Shown here: piece by piece, positions 8,623 to 18,619 of the stretch
Numbering within the stretch: position 1 is the first letter of the stretch
Layout of the letters: every line of letters starts with the position of its first letter
From: an uncultured Acidobacteriaceae bacterium
GTDB lineage: Bacteria; Acidobacteriota; Terriglobia; Bryobacterales; Bryobacteraceae
Assembly: GCA_963849445.1 (NCBI GenBank)
Contig: CAWKHS010000002.1
Span: 13,222-77,221, forward strand
Direction of reading: 5' to 3'
DNA length: 64,000 nucleotides
Notes under the pieces: model-generated
Database searches by the model: none
What the model was told of the DNA's origin: nothing
Seen by the model: only the letters and a program-made list of their open reading frames with translations
Translations under genes and position numbers: made by a program

Positions 8623-9392
8623 ATGCAGAATCCCCTAGATCTGTCCGGCAAAATCGCCCTCATCACCGGAGCCTCATCGGGCATCGGAGCCGCCACGGCC
8701 CGCCTATTCGCGGACCTCGGCGCTCGTGTCGCCGTCGGCGTATGGCCGCAATACCAAAGGCGCCGAACAAGTCACCGAAGCCATCCGCAAATCCGGCGGA
8801 AATGCGATCACAATCCAAGCCGATATGCGCCAGACTGCCGAAATTCAAAAGCTGGTCAAAGAAACCGTCGCGCAACTCGGCCCCATCGACATTCTGGTCA
8901 ACAACGCCGGTTCCCTCATCGAGCGGCAGAGCTTTCTCGACATGACGGAAGAGCGCTGGGACGAGGTCATCAACCTCAATCTCAAAAGCGCCATGCTCTG
9001 TTCGCAACTCGTCGCGCCTTCCATGATCGAGCGCAAACGCGGTTCGATTATCAACATCGTCTCCATCGCCGGCCGAAACGGCGGCGGTCTCGGAGCCGGC
9101 GCTTATGCCACCGCCAAAGGCGGACTCATCACGTTAACCAAAGCCTTCGCCAAAGAACTCGCTCCGCACGGCGTGCGCGTCAACGGCGTTTCGCCCGGTG
9201 TCATCGACACGCCCTTCCACGAGGTCTTCTCCACGCCGGAAATGATGAGCAACTTCGTCAAAGCCATCCCGCTGGGCCGAGTCGGAACCTCCGAAGAAGT
9301 CGCCAACACGCATCGCCTTCCTCGCCTCCGACGCCGCCAGCTACATCACGGGCGAAACACTGGAAGTTAACGGCGGCCAACTCATGCTCTAG
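8623..9392 (+). pseudogene. SDR family oxidoreductase (FabG-like) with two frameshifts
   Basis: GKIALITGASSGIGAATARLFADLGARVAVG reads in frame 1. YGRNTKGAEQV...NNAG...YATAKGG...PGVIDTPF reads in frame 2. AIAFLASDAASYITGETLEVNGGQLML-stop reads in frame 3. The junctions are near 8738 and 9312. Confidence 0.75.
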
Positions 9393-9465
9393 CCCGCGCC
9401 GCATACAACCCTTCTCCCGCGCTCCAACCCCGCTGGCGGAGGCGCGCGCGTCAGCAAGCGCTCCC

Positions 9466-9843
9466 CTACGGCGTCCGCGTAGCCTTAAACGTCCCGCTAT
9501 AACTCTGAAATTCCCAATCGCCCGCAAGCGTATCGTTCGCAAGCTTCGCCGTAATCTTCATCGTCCCCGGACCCGCTTCCTCGGAGTTCAACAGGAACTC
9601 CAGCTTCAGCTTGCCGTCGTCAAACGTGCCCTTGACATCGTCTTTCGCGAACTTCCCCGTCACCTTCGTCCCGTCCTGCTCGAAATTCGCATCGATCTCG
9701 CGATCGCCGCCCTCCGTATTCAGCACGAAGTGCCACTTCCCTGCGACCGTCGTCGCCGCCTTTGCATCCTGCCCCGCTCTACTCAGCGGCGCCGTCAACC
9801 CCGCGCAAGCCACAGTCACAACAATCGCCATCAGCCATTTCAT
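9466..9843 (-). CDS. Small secreted hypothetical protein
   Basis: The signal peptide is MKWLMAIVVTVACAGLTAPLSRA. The mature part is beta-rich. The start was chosen at the internal Met of the 217 aa ORF. Confidence 0.5.
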   Translation of the reverse strand: MKWLMAIVVTVACAGLTAPLSRAGQDAKAATTVAGKWHFVLNTEGGDREIDANFEQDGTKVTGKFAKDDVKGTFDDGKLKLEFLLNSEEAGPGTMKITAKLANDTLAGDWEFQSYSGTFKATRTP

Positions 9844-9946
9844 TGAAAATTCTCCCTTTACGCTCAACACATCGTAACCCGAGCACACAATCATGCGAAA
9901 ACGGCAACAACTAGCCGCCTCGTAGCTGTTCGTGTAGTCTTCCAAT

Positions 9947-10597
9947 ATGCGCCGATACGCAATTTTCTTTCTCGTTACTGCAAGCCTGCTCTCCGCTCGC
10001 GAACCTTCCGAACACTGGAAAAAACTATTCGATGGCAAAACTCTCAGCGGCTGGAAACATGTCGGAGCCGGCGGAATGACCGTCACCTCAAACGGCCTGA
10101 TCGAAACCCACGGCGGCATGGGCCTCCTCTATTGGACCGGCAGCAAGCTGGGCGATTGCGTCCTCCGCGTCGTCTACAAAATGCGCGACGAGAACGACAA
10201 TTCAGGTGTCTTCATCCGCATTCCTGTCGCCCCTACCGAACCCTGGATGCCCGTCAATTACGGCTATGAGGTCCAAATCGATAACACCGGCCAGGGTGAA
10301 GACGAATACCACGTCACCGGTACGCTTTATTCACTTACAAAGCCGCTGGCCCGCCCCGGCAAACCCGGCCCCGAATGGAACACCATGGACATCACACTCG
10401 ATGGACCGCGCACCATCGTCACCGTCAACGGAGTCAAGGTCACCGATTACACGGAAGGCGAACCCACCCCGCCGAAAAAGCTCTCGTATGAACCAGAGCG
10501 CGGACTGCGTCCGAATTACGGCTACATCGGCCTTCAGAATCACGGCGATCACGACGTCGTGTTCTTCAAAGAGGTCGAGGTTCGACCTCTTAAATAA
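9947..10597 (+). CDS. DUF1080 (3-keto-disaccharide hydrolase-like) secreted protein
   Basis: A signal peptide is followed by WKKLFDGKTLSGWKHVG and ends in GYIGLQNHGDHDVVFFKEVEVRPL, both typical of DUF1080. Confidence 0.75.
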   Translation: MRRYAIFFLVTASLLSAREPSEHWKKLFDGKTLSGWKHVGAGGMTVTSNGLIETHGGMGLLYWTGSKLGDCVLRVVYKMRDENDNSGVFIRIPVAPTEPWMPVNYGYEVQIDNTGQGEDEYHVTGTLYSLTKPLARPGKPGPEWNTMDITLDGPRTIVTVNGVKVTDYTEGEPTPPKKLSYEPERGLRPNYGYIGLQNHGDHDVVFFKEVEVRPLK

Positions 10598-10628
10598 AAG
10601 AGGTGGAAGTAAGACCCTGAAATAGTCG

Positions 10629-11958
10629 TTACGCAATGCCCAGTTGCTTCTGCATCTGCTCGAGCGTAACGCCCTTCGTTTCGGGAAACTTAAACAGCAC
10701 CACGAAGAACTGCAGCGCCATCATGGCGGCAAAGAACACGAACGGAGCCCCGCGGGACTTTGCGGCCATGATCGGAAACGTAAAGGAGATGAGCGCGTTC
10801 ATGAACCAGTGCGTAAAGCTGCCCAGGCTCTGTCCCTGCGCTCTCACCCTGTTCGGAAACACTTCGCTGATGTACACCCAGATCACTGCGCCTTGCGAGA
10901 ACGAGAAGAAGGCAATGAAACCGACTAGAAACCACACCAACAGCCCTTCATGGCTCCCGCTTAAAAACACTGCGGCCACCCCTGCCAGCGATACCGAGCA
11001 GCCCACCGATCCAATCAGCATCAACGTTCTGCGCCCGAATTTGTCGATCACCGACATGGCAATCGCGCAAAACACCAGGTTCGTGAAACCGATCAGCACC
11101 GATTGCAAATCGCCCGACACCTTGCTAAAACCTGCCTTCGAAAAGATGTCGTTCAGGTAGTAGAGGATCGCGTTGATGCCGGATAGCTGGTTGAACATCG
11201 CAATCGATACGGCCAGAAACAAGGGCGTACGGTACTTCGGGTTGAACACCGATTCCTTCGCATGTCCATGCTCGGCATCCACCGACGTGACCATATCCTC
11301 GATCTCGCCTTCGATGTCTTCTTCTCCAATGATCTGCAGCACGTTTCGCGCTTCCGCCACGTGCCCTTTCTGCACCAGCCAGCGCGGGCTGCGCGGAATC
11401 GTATACAGCATCAGGAAGAACAACAACGCCGGAATCCCCGACACGCCCAGCATCCATCGCCAGTCGTCCGCTCCAAAGCCCGCCTGTCCAATCAGGTAAT
11501 TCGAGAAATAGGCCAGCAGAATGCCCCCGACGACGTTGAGTTGGAAGAAGCCGACCAGCCGCCCTCGCCATTTCGCCGGAGCCACCTCGGCGATATACAT
11601 CGGACCTAGCACCGACGATCCGCCAATCCCCAAGCCTCCGACAAAGCGAAACGTCACCAGCGATCCCCAATTCCAGGCCAGAGCGCACCCGATCGCCGAG
11701 ATCAGATACAGGATCGCCATCACGCGCAAGCTGTCCCTGCGGCCGTACTTGTCGCCCGGGTACTCCAGCCACCAGCGCCCCAATGACCGTGCCGATCAGC
11801 GCCACCGCCACCGTTACGCCCAGGCTAGTAGGCGTCAGGTCGAATGTCCTTGTCAGCCCCGCCGTCGTACCCGCAATCACCGCCGTATCGAACCCGAACA
11901 GCAGGCCACCCAGTGCCGCAACAACAGTACTCTTAATCAGCGCGCCGGTTAACGTCAT
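10629..11958 (-). pseudogene. MFS sugar porter family transporter with one frameshift
   Basis: The N-terminus MTLTGALIKSTVVAALGGLLFGFDTAVIAG...IGALVAG is in one frame. The remainder, YPGDKYGRRDSL...PAKWRGRL...PETKG, is in another. The junction is near 11765. Its ATG overlaps the ROK stop (ATGA). Confidence 0.8.
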
Positions 11959-12848
11959 GCCGTCACCGCTGGCGCGCTCGACAGTGCATCCTGAGCAAGC
12001 ACCAGCGCCCCAAGAATTCCCGACCGGCTCCCCAAACCCGGAGGCTGTATGTAGTCGTCCACGTCTTCCATCACTTCCCTCCGTCGAATGTAGCTATTCA
12101 TCAGATCTCGGAATTGCTTGCGGATCATGGGGAACAAATGCGGCTGCTGCATCACTCCGCCGCCCAGCAAAATGCGCCTCGGACACAGCGTTACCGTCAG
12201 GTTCATCAGTGCCAGCGCGAGGTACCGTGCTTCCAGCGCCCACCCTGGATGCTCGGGCGGCAATGTCGCCGCGGGAACACCCCAGCGCGCTTGCATCGCA
12301 GGACCGCACGTCAATCCTTCCAGACAATCGCCATGAAAAGGACAAATCCCGGCGAAAGGATCGCTCGTCCAGTCATGCGGAATCCGCAGATGTCCAATCT
12401 CCGGATGCAGGAAGCCGTGAACAAGCTGCCCATGCGCCATCACGCCACCCCCGACGCCCGTGCCGATCGTCAGATATATGGCATCGCGCAAACCTCGCGC
12501 CGCGCCCCATCGATGTTCGCCCAGCAGTGCGACGTTTGTGTCTGTGTCAAACGCGGCCGAAATGCCTAAGCCTTGTTGGATCGCGCCCAGCAGGTCGAAA
12601 TTCGCCCAGCCCGGCTTGGGAGTTGACGTGATGTGCCCGAACGTCGCTGAGCTAATGTCGAGATCGACCGGACCGAAAGATCCGATCCCGATTCCTTCCA
12701 ACGGCCCGGCACTCTTGAAAAAATTGACTGCGCTCGCGACCGTTATCTCGGGCGTGGAAGTAGGAAAGCTCGCTGTTTTGAGGTCGTCAGGTCCGGTGCC
12801 GATGCCGCAAACAAACTTGGTGCCGCCCGCTTCAATGCCGCCGAACAT
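11955..12848 (-). CDS. ROK family sugar kinase (fructokinase/glucokinase-like)
   Basis: The protein begins MFGGIEAGGTKFVCG. It carries the ROK Zn motif HLRIPHD...CPFHGDCLEG. Confidence 0.8.
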   Translation of the reverse strand: MFGGIEAGGTKFVCGIGTGPDDLKTASFPTSTPEITVASAVNFFKSAGPLEGIGIGSFGPVDLDISSATFGHITSTPKPGWANFDLLGAIQQGLGISAAFDTDTNVALLGEHRWGAARGLRDAIYLTIGTGVGGGVMAHGQLVHGFLHPEIGHLRIPHDWTSDPFAGICPFHGDCLEGLTCGPAMQARWGVPAATLPPEHPGWALEARYLALALMNLTVTLCPRRILLGGGVMQQPHLFPMIRKQFRDLMNSYIRRREVMEDVDDYIQPPGLGSRSGILGALVLAQDALSSAPAVTA

Positions 12849-12948
12849 GCTCTTGAGTATATGTCGGCAGGCACGCAGCTCACGTACGCCTCCATTTGCC
12901 ACGCGTGCAAACAGAGCCGCGACAGCATGGAGCGGTCGCGAGCGCGCT

Positions 12949-14107
12949 CTACGCTTTCAACTCGCTCATCTTCTTCCCAACCGCCCCGGGCCCGAAATTG
13001 ATCTGCGCGTCCTTAATCGAAAGCCCGACTACCTCAATACGCTTCAGATCGCGCGTGCCAATCCCCACTTCTTCCGCCAGTTGCAGCGAGTTGTCGCCCC
13101 GGATGAAGGGCGAACCACCGCGCACCGCATGCGTATCGTAGCCCATCACCGCCATCCCGACAGCATCCACACAGACTGCGTTGGTACCGGCGATAATCAC
13201 TCCCGGCGTCATCTTCTCGAGACCCGGAAGCCACGGGCCTTCGCCGCCTCGCACCGTCTCCACGCCATCGACGATCGCGATATCCACCGGCCGGATGCCG
13301 TTCTGGTCCACCAGGATGCGCGGAACGCGATAGCCCGGATCGCGCGGCGAATCGGGATGCAACTCGGCATCGACCACAGAAGGCGCCGGCATTTTTCCCT
13401 CATGCAAAACAGGTCCGCGCTCCTTCGTCGGCCGCTCGTTCCCGTGCGGCCCGCAGTCGCCGCCATACAGCGAGCACGGCGTGTTGCCGAAGTTGTTCTT
13501 CATCGTCATCGTCACGCCGGCAATCCAATGGTTCTTCAGCTTCGAGAGCGAGGCATAGACATCGCACTGGAAGAACGCCGGGTTCAGATGGTAAGCCGGA
13601 TACACATAGCCGCCCCACGGCACCTTCATGCGCACATACTGCTTGTAATTGCCGAGGTTCTGTACGTTCTCCCAAACCACCGGCACGCCCATGTTGTTGA
13701 TCGCGTTGACGTCCAAACCATAGCGCGCCCACAGCGCCGGATCCTGATCGGCTGGGAAGAAGCTCTCGATGATCCGCACCCGCTTCGCGCCCGCTTTGGC
13801 AAACAAATGCACGGTTGCGGCAACCGTCTCCGCGTCCGTCCTGTAAGGAAGCTCAGGCGTCAGCGGCCAGTTCTTCGGATTACCCGTCAGGTTCAGCTTC
13901 AGCCCAACCGTCTTCCCGCGTACCAGCTTGTCGAGGCCGCCGATCTGGTCGAACGCGCTCGAGAGTTGTTGCCCGTACTGAGCCGTAATCGCGGCAGCGT
14001 ACAATTGCCACCGAACTCGCCGGTGCTGCGGCCTTCATCAGCTTCGGAACGCCAAGCGCCGCCAGTGTCGCCGCGCCTGTACTGGTCAACATCTCTCGTC
14101 TGTTCAT
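12949..14107 (-). pseudogene. DUF362 domain protein with Tat signal, one frameshift
   Basis: MNRREMLTSTGAATLAALG...VAIVRCRDYG is in one frame. QQLSSAFDQIGGLDKLVRGKTVGLKLNLTG and the following 340 aa are in another. The junction is near 13975-13990. Confidence 0.7.
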
Positions 14108-14128
14108 GTCTGTCCCGTCCTCTTCTCC

Positions 14129-15076
14129 ATGCTACTCGGATATCATCGATGGCGCGTGTCCAATTACTTAACCAGACGATCTATTTGTAAGCTGCTCGCC
14201 GCCGCTCCCCTCGCAACCGCCTTCGCTGACCAGCGCAATATGTTCCTCTCTCTGAACAGCGTCCTGTTGCAAGGGCGCGTTCACTGGCCCGACTTCGCTC
14301 GTCTAGCCGCGCAAGTAGGGTTTCCCGGGACCGACATCATGCTTCAACCCGCGATGCAAGCCGGTGTCAGCGCTACCAACGACCTGCTGTCCGGCCTCAA
14401 AATCAAGCCCGCAGTCATCGACTTTCCGGTCGAGTTTCGTAAAGACGACGAAACCTTCAAAGCCTCGCTCGCCAAACTCGACGAAGCCGCGCAATTCGCC
14501 GCCGCCATAAACTGCCCGCGCATGATCACCTACATCATGCCTTCGAGTAACACTCCCAAAGAAGAACTCCGCCAGACCTATAAGCAGCGCTTTACTGAGA
14601 GCGCGCGCATTCTGGCGCGCTCCAACGTCCGCCTCGGTTTAGAGTTCCTCGGTCCTCTGGAACTTCGCAAAGCTTACAAGTACGAATTCATCTGGCGCAT
14701 GAACGACATGCTCGCCTTCGCCAAAGAATGCGGCCCGAACGTCGGCCTGTTGCTCGATTCCTGGCATTGGCATCACGCGGGCGCTACCACCGAAGATATC
14801 GTTGCGGCCGGACGCGACCGCATCGTTCACGTGCACTTCAACGATTCACCGAACCTGCCGCCCGAGCAGATCCACGACAATCAGCGCCTGCTGCCCGGCG
14901 AAGGGGTAATCAATCTCGTAGGATTCCTGCGAGCCCTGCAAAAGATCCGCTACAACGATGCGCTGAGCGTGGAAGTCTTCGGACGAACGAAAGACATGAC
15001 ACCCGAGCAAGCTGCCAAAGCCGGTCTCGACAGCTCACTCGCTGTCTTCCGCAAGGCCGGAGTTCCCCAAGGTTGA
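14129..15076 (+). CDS. Sugar phosphate isomerase/epimerase (xylose isomerase-like TIM barrel) with a Tat-like leader
   Basis: 315 aa. TRRSICKLLAAAPLATAFA forms the leader. LGLEFLGP, LLLDSWHWHHAG and VHVHFND are typical of the AP-endonuclease-2/TIM barrel family. The start is uncertain (14129 or GTG 14156). Confidence 0.75.
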   Translation: MLLGYHRWRVSNYLTRRSICKLLAAAPLATAFADQRNMFLSLNSVLLQGRVHWPDFARLAAQVGFPGTDIMLQPAMQAGVSATNDLLSGLKIKPAVIDFPVEFRKDDETFKASLAKLDEAAQFAAAINCPRMITYIMPSSNTPKEELRQTYKQRFTESARILARSNVRLGLEFLGPLELRKAYKYEFIWRMNDMLAFAKECGPNVGLLLDSWHWHHAGATTEDIVAAGRDRIVHVHFNDSPNLPPEQIHDNQRLLPGEGVINLVGFLRALQKIRYNDALSVEVFGRTKDMTPEQAAKAGLDSSLAVFRKAGVPQG

Positions 15077-15262
15077 TTCGTCTTCACAAAGTACGCAGTT
15101 CAACTTCGCGCCGAGAAACTGCGCACGCCCTTCCGCTGTTGTCACCCAGAGCCTGTTCTGCCAGGGCGGATCGTGCCGCACGTGTCGCGTGTGGCCGCAT
15201 TCAAGATCCGCTACCCAGTGCTTTTCATCGTCCTGATGAAATCCAATAATTGCTTGTTCCAT
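15035..15262 (-). CDS. DUF3565 domain protein
   Basis: MEQAIIGFHQDDEKHWVADLECGHTRHVRHDPPWQNRLWV...LNCVLC matches the DUF3565 pattern. Confidence 0.6.
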   Translation of the reverse strand: MEQAIIGFHQDDEKHWVADLECGHTRHVRHDPPWQNRLWVTTAEGRAQFLGAKLNCVLCEDESTLGNSGLAEDSE

Positions 15263-16449
15263 ATCACGCAAACAGGGAAAGCTGCGCCGCTCTTCTTCTT
15301 TCTGTCGTCGAATACCGAACGCCCGTCCAGGCTAGGCGAAATGGCATGCTCATGCTCAACCAAACGCTCAAAGTCCGCGACCGGTTGGCTTCGCTCTTCA
15401 ACGGCCCGCACCAGGCGGTCCAGCCGTTTGAATCCTTCTATTTTCTCTGTTTGCCCCAACTTGGCGGCATCCAGAGAGCGCCGCAGCACGGCCAGTGATT
15501 CATCATAGGTCTTCAACGGAACGGGAAACGGATGACGATCTTTCCCGCCTAACGCAAAAGAAAAGCGCGCCGGATCGGAAAACCGGCTAGGCGCTCCATG
15601 TACCACTTCAGCAACCAAGGCCAACGTCTGCAAAGTGCGCGGACCCAGATTCTCGACCAGCAGCAGCGAAGCGAAATCGCGCAACTGCCGCTCATAACTG
15701 ACCGCCAGCACAGCGCCCAACCGCTTCAGATCCACGTTCTCCGCCCGCACATCGTGATGCAGCGGCATGCTCAAAGTCTTCTCCGGGCGCTCGCGGGCAA
15801 TCGTCAGTATTGCTTCTTGCGCGGCTTTCGCCCGCCGGTCAACCAAATTGAGAATCACGCCCTCGTTCTGGCCCACGATTCCCGTGTGCGGTTCGCTCGT
15901 GAAGTCGCGCACCGATGCCGAATGCCAGTGATAGCGCCGCGCCAAACCCGTTGCGTCGTTCAGGCCTTGCTGAACAACGGCCCAATCGCCCGCTGCGGTC
16001 ACGACAAACGAGTGCAGATAGATCTGGAAGCCATCGGCAATGGCGTTGTTGTCGATCTTCGCTGTCAAACGGCTGGTCCGAACCAGCGCGGCTCCGTCCA
16101 AGCTGCGGCGATCCGCCACGGCCAGCAACTCACTCGGTGTCTTACGCGATTGCTTCCCCCGCCCGCCGCAAACGTAAATGCCTAACTCATGCGCGCGAGG
16201 ATTTAACCCGCGCTTCAGCGCGGCCAACACCGACGTCGTGATCCCGGAGGAATGCCAGTCCATCCCCATCACGCTGCCGAGCGCCTGAAACCAGAATGGA
16301 TCGCTCAATCGCGAAAGAAACTCCGCCGCGCCGTAGTGAAGAACGATACTCTCAACGATCGCCGTTCCCAACTTTTCCATCCGTTCGGCCAGCCACGGCG
16401 GCACACGGCCGCCATGCAGCGGAAGATCGGCAAAGCCCGAACGTTTCAT
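15211..16449 (-). CDS. DUF763 domain protein
   Basis: 412 aa. LPLHGGRVPPWL and MGMDWHSSGITTSV at the N-terminus are typical of DUF763. The 3' end overlaps DUF3565 by 52 nt. Confidence 0.7.
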   Translation of the reverse strand: MKRSGFADLPLHGGRVPPWLAERMEKLGTAIVESIVLHYGAAEFLSRLSDPFWFQALGSVMGMDWHSSGITTSVLAALKRGLNPRAHELGIYVCGGRGKQSRKTPSELLAVADRRSLDGAALVRTSRLTAKIDNNAIADGFQIYLHSFVVTAAGDWAVVQQGLNDATGLARRYHWHSASVRDFTSEPHTGIVGQNEGVILNLVDRRAKAAQEAILTIARERPEKTLSMPLHHDVRAENVDLKRLGAVLAVSYERQLRDFASLLLVENLGPRTLQTLALVAEVVHGAPSRFSDPARFSFALGGKDRHPFPVPLKTYDESLAVLRRSLDAAKLGQTEKIEGFKRLDRLVRAVEERSQPVADFERLVEHEHAISPSLDGRSVFDDRKKKSGAAFPVCVIWNKQLLDFIRTMKSTG

Positions 16450-16481
16450 CGCTATCTAGATGGTAGCTATCCTGTGACTGC

Positions 16482-18266
16482 ATGAATCCGCTCACCGAGT
16501 ACGAGACCCAGCGCAACCGTTGGCGCGGGGAACGCCAGTCTCTTGAGCGGCTGTTCGTTCGCATCGGCAACTGGCGTCTTGTCCTCGGTGTACTTGAAGC
16601 ATTGCTCGCCTGGCTAGCCTTCGGGAGGAGCGTGATCAGTGGCTGGATTCTTTTGGGTCCGTTGCTCGCCTTTGTTGCCCTGGTGGTCTGGCATCAGCGA
16701 GTGATACGCCGCCGCGCTGCCGCCGACCGCGCCATCAAGTTCTACGAAAGCAGACTCGCGCGTGTGAATGGCAGTTGGATGGGGACCGGCCCAACAGGCG
16801 AACAGTTTCGCTCTCCCGAACACGTCTATGCCGATGACCTGGACCTCTTCGGAAAGGGATCGCTCTTCGAGCTTGCGTCAACGTGCCGCATCGCCGCAGG
16901 TGAACAGACTCTCGCTAATTGGCTCCTCGCACCGGCTTCAAACGAACAGGTTGCATCGCGCCAACATGCGGTCCAGGAACTGAGCGGGCGTCTCGATCTG
17001 CGCGAAGAGATTGCCTTGCTCGGCGAAGACGTTCGCGCCGACCTTCACGTCCAGCCGCTGGCAAGGTGGGGCTCCATGCCGCCGGTCGTATTTCCCGCCG
17101 GTGCGCGCCTTCTCGCGCCGGTCCTGGCGATTGCAGGCGTCGTGGCCCTTGTCGCAGCCTTCGCTGGTAAATGGCCGTTGTGGCCCTTTGTCGCGATTCT
17201 CGCCTGCGATCTGCTCTTTGGATGGGCTTGCCGCAACCAGGTGAGGCAGGTAACCAGCACGATCGAAGATCCCGCCCAAGCGCTTCGGCTTCTCTCGTTG
17301 CTGCTGGCCCATCTTGAGCGCCAGCAGTTTGCCTCTCCCTATCTCCAGCAAGTGCACGGCACCCTCGTGATCGCCGGGCTGCCGGCTTCTCAGCGAATTG
17401 CGCGCCTGGAGCGCTGGCTGGATTGGCTCGATTCGAGCGATCACCTACTGGTCCGAATCATCGCCCCCATTCTTCTATGGCGCGAGCAACTATCGATGGC
17501 AGTCGAAACTTGGAGACGCGACGCGGGACCGCACATTGGAGGCTGGGTACAAGCGGTCGCTGAATTCGAAGCCTTGTCTTCCCTCGCCGCTCTACACTTT
17601 GAACACCCCAACTGGTCTTTCCCCGAATTTGTTATCGATGAAGTTCCGCACTTCGAAGCACAGGGCTTGCAGCATCCGCTGCTTGCGCCGCTCGTTTGTG
17701 TCCCGAATGACCTCGTGCTCAACAGCGAACGTCGGCTCCTCATTGTCAGCGGCTCCAATATGTCGGGAAAGAGTACGCTGTTACGTGCAGTAGGGCTGAA
17801 CTCTGTTCTTGCCTGGGCAGGCGCGCCCGTTGCCGCAAAACACTTGCGGATCTCCAAGCTTCAGCCGGGCGCTTCCATTCGTGTCACCGATTCGCTCCAA
17901 GACAACAAGTCCCGCTTCCTCGCCGAGATAATGCGCTTGCGGCAAATTGTCGATCTATCCAGCAGAGATCGACCGGTGTTATTTCTGCTCGACGAGCTCT
18001 TGAGCGGTACCAATTCTCACGATCGCCGTATCGGTGCTGCAGGTATCGTTCGCAAATTGGTGGAATCAGGCGCCATCGGGCTCATCACCACGCACGATTT
18101 AGCCCTCGCGCAAATTGAGCAGGATATCGGTCCTGCAGCCGCCAACGTGCATTTTGAAGATCGGATCGAGGACGGTCGAATCGAATTCGATTACCTACTA
18201 CGCCCTGGGATCGTTACCCGCAGTAACGCCTTGGAGCTAATGCGTTCAGTAGGTCTGAAAGTTTAA
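16482..18266 (+). CDS. MutS-related protein (membrane-anchored MutS domain V ATPase)
   Basis: SGSNMSGKSTLLRAVG is the Walker A motif. FLLDELLSGTNSHDR and LITTHDL are also present. There are about four predicted TM helices in the N-terminal half and no mismatch-binding domain. Confidence 0.8.
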   Translation: MNPLTEYETQRNRWRGERQSLERLFVRIGNWRLVLGVLEALLAWLAFGRSVISGWILLGPLLAFVALVVWHQRVIRRRAAADRAIKFYESRLARVNGSWMGTGPTGEQFRSPEHVYADDLDLFGKGSLFELASTCRIAAGEQTLANWLLAPASNEQVASRQHAVQELSGRLDLREEIALLGEDVRADLHVQPLARWGSMPPVVFPAGARLLAPVLAIAGVVALVAAFAGKWPLWPFVAILACDLLFGWACRNQVRQVTSTIEDPAQALRLLSLLLAHLERQQFASPYLQQVHGTLVIAGLPASQRIARLERWLDWLDSSDHLLVRIIAPILLWREQLSMAVETWRRDAGPHIGGWVQAVAEFEALSSLAALHFEHPNWSFPEFVIDEVPHFEAQGLQHPLLAPLVCVPNDLVLNSERRLLIVSGSNMSGKSTLLRAVGLNSVLAWAGAPVAAKHLRISKLQPGASIRVTDSLQDNKSRFLAEIMRLRQIVDLSSRDRPVLFLLDELLSGTNSHDRRIGAAGIVRKLVESGAIGLITTHDLALAQIEQDIGPAAANVHFEDRIEDGRIEFDYLLRPGIVTRSNALELMRSVGLKV

Positions 18267-18288
18267 CTTGTCTTTATGGTCAAAATTA

Positions 18289-18342
18289 CCAAATTGTGGA
18301 ATTTCTATATGGAAAACCACAAAAACCTGTGGCACAATGTGG
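18289..18342. promoter_or_regulatory. AT-rich segment with three CCA(C)A...TGTGG imperfect palindromes (candidate operator/promoter)
   Basis: The three elements are ccaaattgtgg (18289-18299), ccacaaaaacctgtgg (18317-18332) and cacaatgtgg (18333-18342). They lie in an 89-nt AT-rich gap upstream of ORF 18356. Confidence 0.3.
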
Positions 18343-18355
18343 CTAAAGCTAATAG

Positions 18356-18619
18356 GTGCATAAAGGAGCGCAGGTGCAGTACCCGTTGAGCCGCGAAGAA
18401 CATACGGCCATGGCGCGATGCCTGTCCGGTATCAGGAAACAGTTGCAGGATGTATCTGATCTGTTTTCCTCGCGCTATGGACAAGACAGCGGCATTGCCG
18501 AGACCGCGGTGAAGACGTTAGTTTCGTCTACTCTGCTCGAGCATGAGCTCATGCTGCTCGAACATGGGTCCGAGTCTCACGCGTATTCGGAGCTGGAGGC
18601 GATTGGAGCCGCGCATTAA
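18356..18619 (+). CDS. Hypothetical small protein
   Basis: An 87 aa ORF with a GTG start preceded by aaggag. There is no recognisable family. Confidence 0.3.
   Translation: MHKGAQVQYPLSREEHTAMARCLSGIRKQLQDVSDLFSSRYGQDSGIAETAVKTLVSSTLLEHELMLLEHGSESHAYSELEAIGAAH

Noticed and set aside
12890-12925. A sigma54-type promoter (TGGCAC-N5-TTGC) near tgccacgcgtgcaaa, beside the shared intergenic motif
   Set aside because: The -24 GG dinucleotide is absent (TGCCAC), and the spacing to the TGCA element is far too short.
12460-14190. A 576-aa ORF on the plus strand, opposite the ROK kinase and DUF362 genes
   Set aside because: It is Arg/His/Pro-rich with no motifs, and antisense to genes with clear family signatures. 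It is a shadow ORF.
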